A DNA stretch of 63,998 nucleotides, filler included, from Sandaracinaceae bacterium (GCA_947483975.1; 6 parts of 6 records of this genome joined end to end with filler, not necessarily neighbours in it), one strand, 5' to 3'. Counted from the whole stretch's first letter, positions 50,131 to 60,691 are shown. Translations and numbers: made by a program. The notes: a model not told the origin generated them from the letters alone.

Positions 50131-50300
50131 GGGACTCCTGGGGGGTGCGGAACGCTCTGCTGCAACATCCACAAGCTCTGCCCCCCCTACAGTCCCAACC
50201 CGACACGATGGACCGACGCTAACATCCGCCCCCATCGCGGGTCAATTTGCGACGGCGGCGACGGTCGATTCGCCGTCGATTCCCTCCGGACGACGGACGC

Positions 50301-50334
50301 AAGAAGGCGCCGAGAGTTGCCTCCCAGCGCCTTC
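50301..50334 (-). terminator. Hairpin terminator after atpE
   Basis: Minus strand GAAGGCGCTGGGAG-GCAA-CTCTCGGCGCCTTC. Confidence 0.6.
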
Positions 50335-50368
50335 CAGGCTCGGGCGCGCGAACGCGCCTGAGCTCAGC

Positions 50369-50680
50369 TCACTTGAGGCCGAGCGCGATCACGAACGCGT
50401 AGATCACGAGCGACTCGATGAGCGCGAGGCCCAGGATCATCGGGACGAGGAGCTTGCCAGAGGCGTTCGGGTTGCGGGCGATGCCCTCGAGCGCAGCGGC
50501 GGCCGCGCGGCCCTGACCGAGCGCGCCACCGAAGGCAGCCACCGAGATCGCGATCGCCGCGCCGATAGCCTTCGCCATTCCCACGTCGCTCTCATTCGAG
50601 GCTGCGTCCTGAGCGAACGCCGTCGAGGCGATGAGCAGGGGGGCAAGTAGCGACACCAGACCGAGCATCTTCTTGTTCAT
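50369..50680 (-). CDS. atpE: F0 ATP synthase subunit c
   Basis: GGALGQG, ARNP loop, LIESLVIY. Confidence 0.96.
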   Translation of the reverse strand: MNKKMLGLVSLLAPLLIASTAFAQDAASNESDVGMAKAIGAAIAISVAAFGGALGQGRAAAAALEGIARNPNASGKLLVPMILGLALIESLVIYAFVIALGLK

Positions 50681-50771
50681 CGGAGAGTCTCCTTCGATTG
50701 CAGCCGAAACGACTACGCGCGTGCTTGTGTGAACCAGAGAGAGCGGATGAGTCCGGGAACTTCCCCGGGGC

Positions 50772-51581
50772 TCAATGCTCCTCGTGAGCGATGGCGAGAG
50801 CGATGTAGACCGTGGAGAGCAGGCAGAACACCAGCGTCTGCACGATGACGACGATGGTGCCGAGCAACATGACCGGCACCGGAACGAGGAACGCGCCCCA
50901 GACCGTGGGCACCAGCGTCAGGAAGATCGACACGACCATGTGGTCGGCGGCCATGTTGGCCATCAAACGAATGGCGAGCGAGATCGGGCGGGCGATGTGG
51001 CTGATGATCTCGATGCCGAGCATCAGCACCATCAGCGGCAGCGCGTACCACTTGATGATCGGGCCGAGGAAGTGCTTGAAGTACGCGAGGCCGTTCTCCT
51101 TCACTCCGTAGACGTGGGTCGTGACGAAGATGACGGCGCCGAGCGCGAGCGTCGTGTTCATCTTGCCCGTCGGCGGCGCGAAGCCAGGGATCAGGCCGAT
51201 CCCGTTCGAGAACAGGATGAAGAACGCGCAGGTGCCGATCAGCGGCAGGAAGTACTTGGCCGCCTTCGGGCCCATGATGTCCGACATCAGGCCGTAGACG
51301 GCGCCGACGAGGATCTCGATCACGGTGCGCGCGTTGAGCGTCGCGTCGGGGACGATCGCCTTCGAGGCGTCCTTCACCTTGCCGTAGGCGAGCAGGGCGA
51401 GCGTCGTGATCAGCGCGAACACGAAGAGCGTCGTCAGCACGTGGTCGAGGCCGATCGCCTCGTGCGCGTACCAGCTCTTGCCGTCCTGGCCGAAGGGCGC
51501 CGAGAAGACGGTGCCGAGCGCCCCGAGGTCCACCCCGAGCGCCCGAAGAAGAAGGGTCAGCCAAGATTCGCCGTGCGGCAT
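50772..51581 (-). CDS. atpB: F0 ATP synthase subunit a
   Basis: ARPISLAIRLMANM.ADH, QT.VF.LLS..YI. Confidence 0.96.
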   Translation of the reverse strand: MPHGESWLTLLLRALGVDLGALGTVFSAPFGQDGKSWYAHEAIGLDHVLTTLFVFALITTLALLAYGKVKDASKAIVPDATLNARTVIEILVGAVYGLMSDIMGPKAAKYFLPLIGTCAFFILFSNGIGLIPGFAPPTGKMNTTLALGAVIFVTTHVYGVKENGLAYFKHFLGPIIKWYALPLMVLMLGIEIISHIARPISLAIRLMANMAADHMVVSIFLTLVPTVWGAFLVPVPVMLLGTIVVIVQTLVFCLLSTVYIALAIAHEEH

Positions 51582-51970
51582 CAGTGCTCCTCCCGCGCGT
51601 TGTCGATCGGTGCGTCAGCCTCGTGGCTCGCCAGCCCGCCGAGCGTCAGCCCGACGACCAGCGCCCCGAGGCCCAGCCCAAAGCCGCCCGCGCTCAAGTG
51701 GAGGCGCCCTACGACGATCCAGACGATCACCGCGAGCACGCCCATCTTGCCGGCGAGCAACACCATCAGCGCGGCGCGCGTGCGGGCGGAGCCCTGCTGT
51801 ACGCGGCGCATGATCCAGCGAAGCGAGGCCCAGTTGAGCAGCGCGACGACCGCCCCGACGAGCGCGCCCAGACCGAAGCGCGCGCCACCGAAGGCATACG
51901 ACGCGGTCGCGGCGATCGCGGCGCTGACCGCGATGTACGTCGTGATGCGCTCGAGGGCTCGGCGGTCCAT
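51581..51970 (-). CDS. atpI: ATP synthase protein I
   Basis: Four TM helices, G..V..LNW; upstream of atpB. Confidence 0.8.
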   Translation of the reverse strand: MDRRALERITTYIAVSAAIAATASYAFGGARFGLGALVGAVVALLNWASLRWIMRRVQQGSARTRAALMVLLAGKMGVLAVIVWIVVGRLHLSAGGFGLGLGALVVGLTLGGLASHEADAPIDNAREEH

Positions 51971-52089
51971 GGCGTGGGTGGCTCGGGGTTCGGAGGGAGG
52001 GCTGCGAGAAGAGGGGGCGAGGTGAGGCGAGCGCAGGGTCGGGGGCAGCAGGGTCGGGGACAGCAGGGTCTGGGACAGCAGGCGAGGCG

Positions 52090-52323
52090 CTAGAGCTTGT
52101 CGAGGTCGGTCTTGCGGGCGATGCGGATGAGGCCGCGGAAGCCCGCCGCGATGCCGAAGACCAGGCCGACGTACATCAGGTAGGGCTTCGTGCCGAACTG
52201 CGCATCGAGCCACTGCCCACCGAAGAAGCCGAGGCAGGTGGCGACCACCATCTCGATGCCGATCGAGCTGAAACGCCCGATCAGCTTCATCTGCTCCCTG
52301 CCTTCGGGACCGATCAGCGGCAT
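52090..52323 (-). CDS. AtpZ/AtpI-like (ATPase gene 1) protein
   Basis: G.WLD..FGTKP...G..AGF motif. Confidence 0.85.
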   Translation of the reverse strand: MPLIGPEGREQMKLIGRFSSIGIEMVVATCLGFFGGQWLDAQFGTKPYLMYVGLVFGIAAGFRGLIRIARKTDLDKL

Positions 52324-52539
52324 CGTTCCCTCCGGCCATCCTCTGCAGTGCTGCGTCTGCTGTACTGCGTCCGCTTGACTGCCTCTGCAGTGCTGCGTGT
52401 CCGGTGCTGCCGAACAGCGCTCCGAGTCCGGAAACGCGGCGCCCATCTAGCACGCAGCCCGGAGGGGGTCAAGGACGGGCGGGGCGCCGAATTGGGCGTG
52501 AAACTGCGGCGAAACCGCCGTTCGACGCCCCTCCGGGGC

Positions 52540-53835
52540 TCAGGCGCGGGTGCCCGCCGCCTCGAACGCCGCGCGGGCCGCGCGACGCGTCGTCTCGAGC
52601 GCCGCGTCGTCGTGCGCGAGCGAGACGAACGCCGCCTCGAACTGCGAAGGCGGCCAGTAGACGTTGTTCGCGATGAGCGCGGCGTGAAAGCGCCCGAAGG
52701 CCGCGCGGTCGCAGCGGTCGGCGTCGCCCCAAGAGCGCACGGGCTCCTCGGTGAAGAACGGCGTCAGCATCGAGCCGACGCGCTGCACGACGCACGGCAC
52801 GGACGCCTCGCGCGCGGCGTCGACGAGGAGCTGCTCGACCTGCGCGCCGAGCTGCTCGAGCTTCTCGTACGTCCCGGGCGCGGCGAGGAGGCGCAGCGTC
52901 GTCAGGCCAGCGGCGACGGCGAGCGGGTTGCCGCTCAGCGTGCCGGCTTGGTAGACGGGGCCCGACGGCGCGACGAGCTCCATGATGTCGCGACGTCCAC
53001 CGTACGCGCCGACCGGGACCCCGCCGCCGACGATCTTGCCGAGCGTCGTCAAGTCGGGCTGGATCCCAAAGAGCTCCTGCGCGCCGCCGCGCGAGAGGCG
53101 ACAGCCGGTCATCACCTCGTCGAAGACGAGGAGCGCGCCGTTCGCGCGGGTCAGCTCGCGCAGCGCCTCGAGGTAGCCGGGCGCGGGCGGCACGAGGCCC
53201 ATGTTGCCGACGACCGGCTCGAGGATGAGCGCGGCGATCTCGCCCCCGCGCTCGGCGAACAGCGCGCGGGCGGCCGCCAGGTCGTTGTACGGGATCGTCA
53301 GCGTCGTCGCGGCGACGGAGGCGGGGATGCCCGCGCTGTCCGGCACGCCGAAGGTCGCGAGGCCGCTGCCGGCTTTGACGAGCAAGTAGTCAGCGCCGCC
53401 GTGATAGCAGCCCTCGAGCTTGACGATCAGGTCGCGCTTCGTGAAGCCGCGCGCGACGCGGAGCGCGCCCATCACGGCCTCGGTCCCGCTGGAGGTCAGG
53501 CGCACCATCTCGATCGACGGGTAGGCGGCGATGATCGCCTCGGCCATGTCGACCTCGCCCGGGGAGGGCGTGCCGTAGGTCGTGCCCTTCGCCGCGGCCT
53601 CGGAGATCGCGCGCACGACCTCAGGGTGCGCGTGCCCGAGGATCATCGGGCCCCAGGAGCCGAGGTAGTCGACGTACTCGGTGCCGTCCGCGCCGACGAG
53701 CGTGGCGCCGTGCGCCGACTTGACGAAGACCGGCTCGCCGCCGACGGCCTTGAAGGCGCGCACCGGCGAGTTGACGCCGCCCGGGATGAGGCGCTTGGCG
53801 CGCGCGAAGAGCTCTTGGGAAATCTTGTCCGACAT
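52540..53835 (-). CDS. hemL: Glutamate-1-semialdehyde 2,1-aminomutase
   Basis: PGGVNSPVRAF, SGTEA, DEVMTG, GKIVGGG, YQAGTLSGNP. Confidence 0.97.
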   Translation of the reverse strand: MSDKISQELFARAKRLIPGGVNSPVRAFKAVGGEPVFVKSAHGATLVGADGTEYVDYLGSWGPMILGHAHPEVVRAISEAAAKGTTYGTPSPGEVDMAEAIIAAYPSIEMVRLTSSGTEAVMGALRVARGFTKRDLIVKLEGCYHGGADYLLVKAGSGLATFGVPDSAGIPASVAATTLTIPYNDLAAARALFAERGGEIAALILEPVVGNMGLVPPAPGYLEALRELTRANGALLVFDEVMTGCRLSRGGAQELFGIQPDLTTLGKIVGGGVPVGAYGGRRDIMELVAPSGPVYQAGTLSGNPLAVAAGLTTLRLLAAPGTYEKLEQLGAQVEQLLVDAAREASVPCVVQRVGSMLTPFFTEEPVRSWGDADRCDRAAFGRFHAALIANNVYWPPSQFEAAFVSLAHDDAALETTRRAARAAFEAAGTRA

Positions 53836-53938
53836 GGGCGCAACGCTGCTCCGAGTGGGCCGCCCGAGCAAGCGTGTTAAGGTCGGACGCAGGCTCGAGC
53901 GCGACAGCGAACACGAAGTCGAGCACCGGGGGGTGACC

Positions 53939-54730
53939 ATGGGCGCCGCTGACGAACATCGAAGGGCTGCGGACGCGCGGGTGCGGGTCGCGGTGATCAC
54001 GGCGAGCGACACGCGCACCGTCGAGAACGACGAGAGCGGGCGGGTGCTGCGCGAGGGGCTGACGGCGGCGGGGCACGAGGTCGTGTCGTACGCGGTCGTG
54101 CGCGACGAGCCGGACGAGGTGCGGAGCGAGGTGCGGCGCCTGCTCGAGAGCGGCATCGCGCGCGTCGTGATCACGACGGGCGGCACGGGCATCACGGCGC
54201 GCGACTCGACGTACGAGGCGCTCGACGGGCTGCTCGAGAAGCGCCTCGACGGCTTCGGTGAGCTCTTTCGCGCGCTCTCGTACGAGCAGATCGGCGCGGC
54301 GGCGATGATGTCGCGCGCGGTCGCGGGGACCTACCGCGGCGGGCTGATCGTCGCGCTCCCGGGCAGCGCGGACGCGGTGCGCCTCGCGCTCCAGAAGATC
54401 CTCGTGCCCGAGCTAGCGCACCTCGCGAAGCTCGCCTCGCGCGGCGCAGAGGCCCCGGGCTCCGTGCGCCCGGTGCCCGACCGCGCGCGGCTCTCGCGGC
54501 GCACCGAGGCGCTCGCGAGCGACGTCGGGCTCGTCGCCAAGAGCGCGCCGGAGCTGATCGCCGACGACGGCGTGCTGCGGCTCTACGAGGCGCTGCGCGC
54601 CGAGGTCGCGCACCTCGCGGGCGACGGAGCCGTCGCGCAGGTGCCCTCGACGGACACCGCGTCGCGCGTCCGCTATGCGGAGCTCGCGGTGTACGCCGGG
54701 CAGCTCGCGGCGGTCATGGAGCCGGACTGA
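53939..54730 (+). CDS. moaB: Molybdenum cofactor biosynthesis MoaB/Mog with C-terminal extension
   Basis: TASD, TTGGTG...D.T, GFGE.FR, SRA, LPGS. Confidence 0.88.
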   Translation: MGAADEHRRAADARVRVAVITASDTRTVENDESGRVLREGLTAAGHEVVSYAVVRDEPDEVRSEVRRLLESGIARVVITTGGTGITARDSTYEALDGLLEKRLDGFGELFRALSYEQIGAAAMMSRAVAGTYRGGLIVALPGSADAVRLALQKILVPELAHLAKLASRGAEAPGSVRPVPDRARLSRRTEALASDVGLVAKSAPELIADDGVLRLYEALRAEVAHLAGDGAVAQVPSTDTASRVRYAELAVYAGQLAAVMEPD

Positions 54731-57031
54731 CCTCGGGGTCCGGAGCCGGGCCCGGAGCGGGGCGCGAGCGCCCGACCAGCGCGACGGCGAGGGCGGGGAG
54801 CGCGAGCAAGGTCACCACGGTCGAGAGCACGAGCCCGCCGATCGTGGCGACGGCGAGCGGACGCTGTAGCTCGGAGCCCGCGCCGAGGCCGAGCGCGAGG
54901 GGCAAGAGCCCCGCGAGCGTCGCCGCCGTCGTCATCAAGATGGGGCGCAGGCGCCGCTCACCGGCGAGCGCGACGGCCTCGGCGAAGCTCGGCGTCGTCG
55001 GCGCGAGGCTCGCGGCGTGCTCGAGCAAGAGGATCCCGTTCTTCACGACGAGGCCCGCGAGCAGCACGCAGCCCATCAGCGAGGAGGCGTTGAGCGGGAT
55101 CCCCGTCGCCGCGAGCGTCAGCACCGCGCCGACGAGCGCGAGCGGCGCGCACGCGAGCACGACGAGGGCGAGCCGGAGCGTGCGCAGCTGGATGAGCAGG
55201 ATCGCGAGCACGAGCACGATGCCGAGCCCGAACACGCTCGCGAGGTCGCGCTGCGCTCCTCGCGCGGCCTCCGCCTGACCGCCGACCTCGCGCGTGTAGC
55301 CGGCAGGAAACTGGAGCTCCGCGACCGCGCGCTCGACGGCCTCGGTCGCGCCGCCGAGATCCGCGCCCTCGACCGCGGTCGTGACGAGCGCCATCGAGCG
55401 CAGGTTCTCGCGCCGGATCACGGCGGGCCCGCGCGGGCGAGCGACGTCGGCGATCGTGTCGAGGCGCACCGTCCCCGGCCCGTACGCGAGCGGCAGCGCG
55501 CTCACCGCGTCGGCGTCGAAGCGCACGGCGTCGGGCGTCCGCACGCGCACGCCGATCAGCCGGTCGCCGACGCGCGCGTGCGCGACGACGCGGCCCGCGA
55601 GCGCGACGGCTAGGTCGCGCGTCACGTCGTCCGGGCTGACGCCGAGCGCGCTCAGCACGTTCGGTCGCAGGCGCGTCTCGAGGATGGGCACGCTCCCCTC
55701 GATGCCCGGCGAGACGTCGACGACGTGCGGCACGCGCTCGACGCGCTCCGCGACGCGGCGCGCGAGGTCGTCGAGCACGCGCGGGTCTTCACCGAAGATG
55801 CGCACCTCGATCGGGCGCGGGTTGCCCGCGAGATCGTCGAGGACGTCCTGCAGCACCTGGACGAACTCGATGCGCACCTCGGGCACCTCGGCGCCGACGC
55901 GCGCGCGGACGTCCGCGATCACCGCGTCGATCGACGGGCGACGAGCGCGCGGCGCGAGGCGCGCGAGGATGTCGCCCGAGTTCTGCTGCGTCGCGGTCGC
56001 GGGGCCCATCTCGGTGCCCGTGCGGCGAGTGAACGCGAGGATCGCGGGCGTCGTCGCGAGCACGTGATCGATCCCGCGCGTGACGCGGCTCGTCTCCTCG
56101 AGCGAGGTGCCCGGCGGAAGCGCGAAGTCGATGACGAAGGCGCCCTCGTCCATCGTCGGCAGAAACCCCGTCGCGAGGCGCGTCGAGGCGGCGACGCCCG
56201 CCGCGCCGAGCAGCGCGATCGCGAGCAAGCCGAGGACCGGATGCCGCACCCAGCGGCGGACGAGGTCGCCGTACGCCCGCGCGACGCGTCCGCCCGCGTC
56301 ACCGGTGCCGGGCTTGCTGCTCAGCAGCTTCGAGGCGACGAGGGGCACGACGGTGACCGAGACGACGAGGGAGAGCAGCACGGCGCCGCAGAGCGTCGCG
56401 GCGAGCGCGCCGAAGAAGCTGCCGACGACGCCGTGCAGGAACGCGAGCGGCGCGAAGACGACGACCGTCGTCAGCGTCGTGCCGACGACCGCGGCGAACA
56501 GGTCGCGCGTGCCCGCGGACGCGGCGGCGTGCGCGTCGAGCCCCTCGTCGCGGCGGTGCACGATGGCCTCGACGATGACGATCGCGTCGTCGACGACGAG
56601 GCCGATCGCGATCGCGAGCCCGCCGAGCGACATCAAGTTGAGCGTCTGCCCGGCGAGCCGCATCGCGCCGAAGGTGCTGAGCAGCGTGACCGGGACGGCG
56701 ATGGCCGCGGCGGCGCCCGCGCGCGGGTCACGGAGGAAGAACGCGAGCACGAGCAGCGACAGCGCGACGCCGATCAAGATCGCGTCGCGCACGCCCGTCA
56801 TCGAGTCGCGCACCAGCTCCGACTGATCGTAGACGGTGGTGACCCGCACTTGCTCGGGCAGCGCGTGCTCGCGCTGCAAGCGGGCGACGATCGCGACGGC
56901 CGCGTCGACGACCTCGGGCGCGCTCGCGCCAGGCGCGCGCGAGACGCTGACGACGACGAGGTCCCCGCTGCGCCCGCTGGTCGAGACGGTGCGGTCCTCA
57001 GCGCCCTCGACGACGTCCGCGACCGCGGAGA
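54714..57031 (-). CDS. RND efflux permease, CusA/CzcA-like (5' truncated)
   Basis: GLVVDDAIV, KNGILL, RLRPILMT, PLAVATIGG. Confidence 0.93.
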
Positions 57032-57131
57032 NNNNNNNNNNNNNNNNNNNNNNNNNNNNNNNNNNNNNNNNNNNNTTAATTAATTAANNNNNNNNNNNNN
57101 NNNNNNNNNNNNNNNNNNNNNNNNNNNNNNN
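57032..57131. other. Artificial contig linker
   Basis: N/TTAATTAATTAA/N spacer. Confidence 0.99.
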
Positions 57132-57239
57132 CTCGTGCTCGGCGAGCCGCGCGTCGCCCTCCTCGAGCGCGAGGCGCAGCTCCTCGGGCAGGAGCAGCAC
57201 GTCATCGAAGAAGCGTCCGACGCGGTCGAGCAGGCTCAC
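57132..57239 (-). CDS. Partial hypothetical protein (5' end)
   Basis: GTG start, SLLDRVGRFFDDVLLLPEE; truncated at linker. Confidence 0.45.
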
Positions 57240-57298
57240 GGAGCCCGCAGCGTAGCTCAGCCGCCCGGCCGAGCGCGCGCGGTGATACCCTCCAGCTC

Positions 57299-58369
57299 GT
57301 GCCTCCGAGCGAACCACCCAGTTCCCGCGAGAGCGGTCGCCCGCCGCGGCACCCTCGCGCGCCGACTCCGTCGTGGGCGTTTCGCATCGAGGACCAGAAC
57401 ACGCCGCCGCGCGTGCTCATCGCCGACGACGACCGCCTCAGCCGCGAGGCCGTCGCGGCGCTGCTGCGCGAGCAGGGGATGCACGTCGAGATCGTCGAGA
57501 ACGGCAAGCTCGCCGTCGACCGCGTCGCGCTCGGCGGCATCGACCTCGTGATGCTCGACATCGTGATGCCCGGGCTCTCCGGCATCGACTGCTGCCGCCT
57601 GATCAAGACGATGACCGCGGAGACGTTCCTCCCCGTGATGCTCGTGACCTCGCGGAGCGACACCGAGAGCCGCGTCGAGGGGCTGCGCATCGGCGCCGAC
57701 GACTACGTCTGCAAGCCCTTCGATGAGCGCGAATTGCTCGCCCGCGCGAACGGCATGCTCCGCATCAAGCGCCTGCACGATCACGTGCAGGAGTCCCGCG
57801 CGCGCCTCGAGCAGCTCGCCGTGATGGACGAGCTGACGGGCCTCTACAACTACCGCTATCTGCACACGCGCCTCGGCGAAGAGTTCAAGCGCGCCGAGCG
57901 CTACCGCGATCCGCTCGCGTGCGCGATGGTGGACATCGACCACTTCAAGAAGTTCAACGACACGCACGGGCACGACACCGGCGACACCGTGCTGCGCGAG
58001 GTCGCGAACCGCCTGAAGGCGGGCCTCCGCGAGATCGACGTGATCGCGCGCTACGGCGGCGAGGAGTTCCTGCTGATCCTGCCGAGCACGCACTTCGCCG
58101 GCGCGCTCACCGTGGCCGACCGCATCTGGCGCGCCGTCTCGCAGTCGCCCGTGATGGCGAGCGGCGGCGAGCAGCGCGTGACCGTCTCCGTCGGCGTCGC
58201 CCTCTACCCGAGCCGCGACATCAAGACGAAGGACCAGCTCCTCAAGGCCGCCGACCGCGCGCTCTACCAAGCGAAGGCCGACGGGCGCGACCGCATCTGC
58301 GTGTTCCAGCACCAGGGCTACATCTATCGGCCCGAGGACAAGGACAAGGAGCACGGCGCGAAGGAGTGA
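57299..58369 (+). CDS. Response regulator diguanylate cyclase (REC-GGDEF, PleD/WspR-like)
   Basis: LIADD, MLDIVMP, KPF; DELTGLYN, REID I-site, RYGGEEF. Confidence 0.94.
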   Translation: MPPSEPPSSRESGRPPRHPRAPTPSWAFRIEDQNTPPRVLIADDDRLSREAVAALLREQGMHVEIVENGKLAVDRVALGGIDLVMLDIVMPGLSGIDCCRLIKTMTAETFLPVMLVTSRSDTESRVEGLRIGADDYVCKPFDERELLARANGMLRIKRLHDHVQESRARLEQLAVMDELTGLYNYRYLHTRLGEEFKRAERYRDPLACAMVDIDHFKKFNDTHGHDTGDTVLREVANRLKAGLREIDVIARYGGEEFLLILPSTHFAGALTVADRIWRAVSQSPVMASGGEQRVTVSVGVALYPSRDIKTKDQLLKAADRALYQAKADGRDRICVFQHQGYIYRPEDKDKEHGAKE

Positions 58370-58545
58370 GCGCACGACCCGGTCGCAGGCGCTCTGACAC
58401 CACGGCGGCGGCGCGAAGCGCTTGCCCTCGGCGGCTTCCGTCAGATACGAACCCGTAGAATCGTCCCCTATTGGCTGCCTGTCCCGGCGCCCATTTCCGG
58501 TCCCCGCGCTTCGGCAGCGAGCGCGGCTGCGATCAGGTCAAAGCA

Positions 58546-59616
58546 ATGATCACGCGTGTGCAACCTCGGTCTCGGAATCAACGTTCGGTGCAGGCGGTGC
58601 TCCCACATACCGCGCGCGCGGCGAACCGCGTCCACACGTCGTCGGTGGGCGAAGGGCCCACCGCGCTGGAGCTATGTGCAGGCGCTGGCGGGCAAGCGCT
58701 CGGGTTGGAGTCCGCGGGCTTTCATCACGTAGGCCTCATCGAGAACGACGCGTTCGCGTGCGCAACCCTGCGCAACAATCGCCCGAACTGGGAGGTCATC
58801 GAGCACGACCTCTTCGAGCCCCTCGAGGTCGAGCGATTCAGGCACGTCGACCTGCTGGCCGGCGGCTTGCCGTGCCCCCCTTTCTCCGTTGCCGGCAAGC
58901 AACTCGGCGAGGGAGATGAGCGCAATCTGTTCAACGTCGGCATCGACTACGTGGACGCCCTACGGCCCCGAGCGGTCATGTTCGAGAACGTACGAGGAAT
59001 GCTGGACCCGGCGTTCGCAGCGTATCGCGCGCACATCGACGATCAGCTCCGGCGGATGGGGTACGAACCGGCGTGGAAGCTGCAAAATGCGTCTACTTTC
59101 GGGGTCCCGCAGCTCCGGCCTCGCGTGGTTCTCGTGGCGCTGCGTAAGGAGCTTTCGGCGCAATTCACCTGGCCGGAGCAGGTAGAACCCCCGCGCAGCG
59201 TGGGCGAAACTCTGCGCGACCTCATGAGCGCGAACGGCTGGCGAGGTACGGACGCGTGGGCCACCGCCGCAGCCCGGATCGCTCCGACGATCGTAGGAGG
59301 CTCGAAGAAACACGGTGGCCCGGACCTCGGGCCGAGCCGGGCCCGCAAAGCTTGGAGCGAACTCGGTGTCGATGGCCTCGGCATCGCGAACGAAGCGCCT
59401 CTCCCGGATTTCGTCGGTATGCCCCGCCTGACAGTGCGGATGGTGGCTCGTATCCAAGGTTTTCCGGACAGTTGGATCTTCGCTGGCAAAAAGACGGCAG
59501 CCTACCGACAGGTCGGCAACGCGTTTCCGCCTCCGTTTGCCGCTGGAGTCGCGAGGCGAATCATGGCCGTGCTCGCGCCTGGGCGTCAGGCGCCGGCCAT
59601 AGCGGCGGTCGGCTGA
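58546..59616 (+). CDS. C5-cytosine DNA methyltransferase, M.NaeI/NgoMIV-like
   Basis: CAGAGG, PCPPFS, ENVRG, QLRPR, TRD APTIVGGSKKHGGPDLG, GNA; exact start uncertain. Confidence 0.92.
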   Translation: MITRVQPRSRNQRSVQAVLPHTARAANRVHTSSVGEGPTALELCAGAGGQALGLESAGFHHVGLIENDAFACATLRNNRPNWEVIEHDLFEPLEVERFRHVDLLAGGLPCPPFSVAGKQLGEGDERNLFNVGIDYVDALRPRAVMFENVRGMLDPAFAAYRAHIDDQLRRMGYEPAWKLQNASTFGVPQLRPRVVLVALRKELSAQFTWPEQVEPPRSVGETLRDLMSANGWRGTDAWATAAARIAPTIVGGSKKHGGPDLGPSRARKAWSELGVDGLGIANEAPLPDFVGMPRLTVRMVARIQGFPDSWIFAGKKTAAYRQVGNAFPPPFAAGVARRIMAVLAPGRQAPAIAAVG

Positions 59617-59617
59617 C

Positions 59618-60475
59618 GTGGGCGCGTTGGAGCGGACCGTCGAGTCGCTCGTCGTGCCAGGGCATCCTGACTTCGACGTTCTCGAGCGAATTAAGACGGA
59701 AATTCTGCGAAAAGTCGGGGGCGAGGCGACTCTCCGGCACGCGCTCCCGGTATTGATCCGCGACGCTATCGACTTCGTCATCGACCCGGTCAGGACGGCG
59801 CGGACTCGAGTCCAAGACCTCGACAACGTAGAGAAGACGTTCGTCGGACTCAAGGTGGAGCACTACTTCCGCGACCTACTGGATGTGCCGAAGGGACTGC
59901 GCGATCTCCGCATCGACGGCCTCGACGTCGATGTGAAGAACACGGTGGGTAAGACGTGGATGATCCCGCCCGAGACCTACCAGAACACGGAACCGTGCCT
60001 GCTCATCGCGACCGCAGAGGATGCCGGGCGCTGCTGGCTTGGCCTCCTCGTCGCGCATCCGGAGTACCTGAATGCACCGAACCGTGATCAGAAACGCTCG
60101 CTGAGTCGGGCTAGCTTCGAACACATTTTGTGGGTCGTGAACGGACTCGAATTTCCTGCAAGTCGCTGGCAGGACATCGACATGGAGCGCTTCCGCGAAC
60201 TGCGGAAGATGAAGGGCGGCACTCGGCGCGCCGCCGAGTTCTTCGCCGAGAACATCAACCGTCCGGTACACCGCTCGATCATTCATGCGCTGCTGTTCGA
60301 CCAAGACGACTACATGAAACGGTTGCGCGGCAATGGAGGGGCGCGCGATCTCCTCAGCAAGCGGGATATCATTCTGCTGTCGGGCGCGTACGACGGGGCG
60401 CGCGTCAGGGCCTCCGGGCTGCCACACCTAGAAACCGACGAAATGATGGCGATTCGCAAGGCCTCGCTTCCATAG
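59618..60475 (+). CDS. NaeI-family type II restriction endonuclease
   Basis: EKTFVG..VE, D..IDG.DVDVK, WMIPPE, NRDQKR, DYMKRLRGNGGAR. Confidence 0.88.
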   Translation: MGALERTVESLVVPGHPDFDVLERIKTEILRKVGGEATLRHALPVLIRDAIDFVIDPVRTARTRVQDLDNVEKTFVGLKVEHYFRDLLDVPKGLRDLRIDGLDVDVKNTVGKTWMIPPETYQNTEPCLLIATAEDAGRCWLGLLVAHPEYLNAPNRDQKRSLSRASFEHILWVVNGLEFPASRWQDIDMERFRELRKMKGGTRRAAEFFAENINRPVHRSIIHALLFDQDDYMKRLRGNGGARDLLSKRDIILLSGAYDGARVRASGLPHLETDEMMAIRKASLP

Positions 60476-60691
60476 GCGCATCGAAAGCATCCGCGGGCGA
60501 GGCGCTGCCGAGGCGGAGGACTCGCCCGACCGCCTGTGTCGTTTCGCTGCGGAGTCGCACCTGGGTACGACAGAAACGTCTTTTCCAGCGCCCCGACGTT
60601 CGCGACGAGGTTCGACCGACCGGCGGGTGAGAGATGGCCGAGAAATCCCGCCCTTTGCGCCACCCCCCGCGTGCTCTATCCTCGCGTCCCC

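Noticed and set aside
57299..58369. Hypr GGDEF (3',3'-cGAMP synthase)
   Set aside because: Both GGDEF proteins keep Asp in NDxxGHxxGD (GHDTGD, GHEVGD) rather than the Ser/Thr of Hypr enzymes
59618..60475. Natural topoisomerase-like NaeI variant (L43K equivalent)
   Set aside because: By eye the aligned segment RDAIDFVIDP has Val, not Lys, at that position
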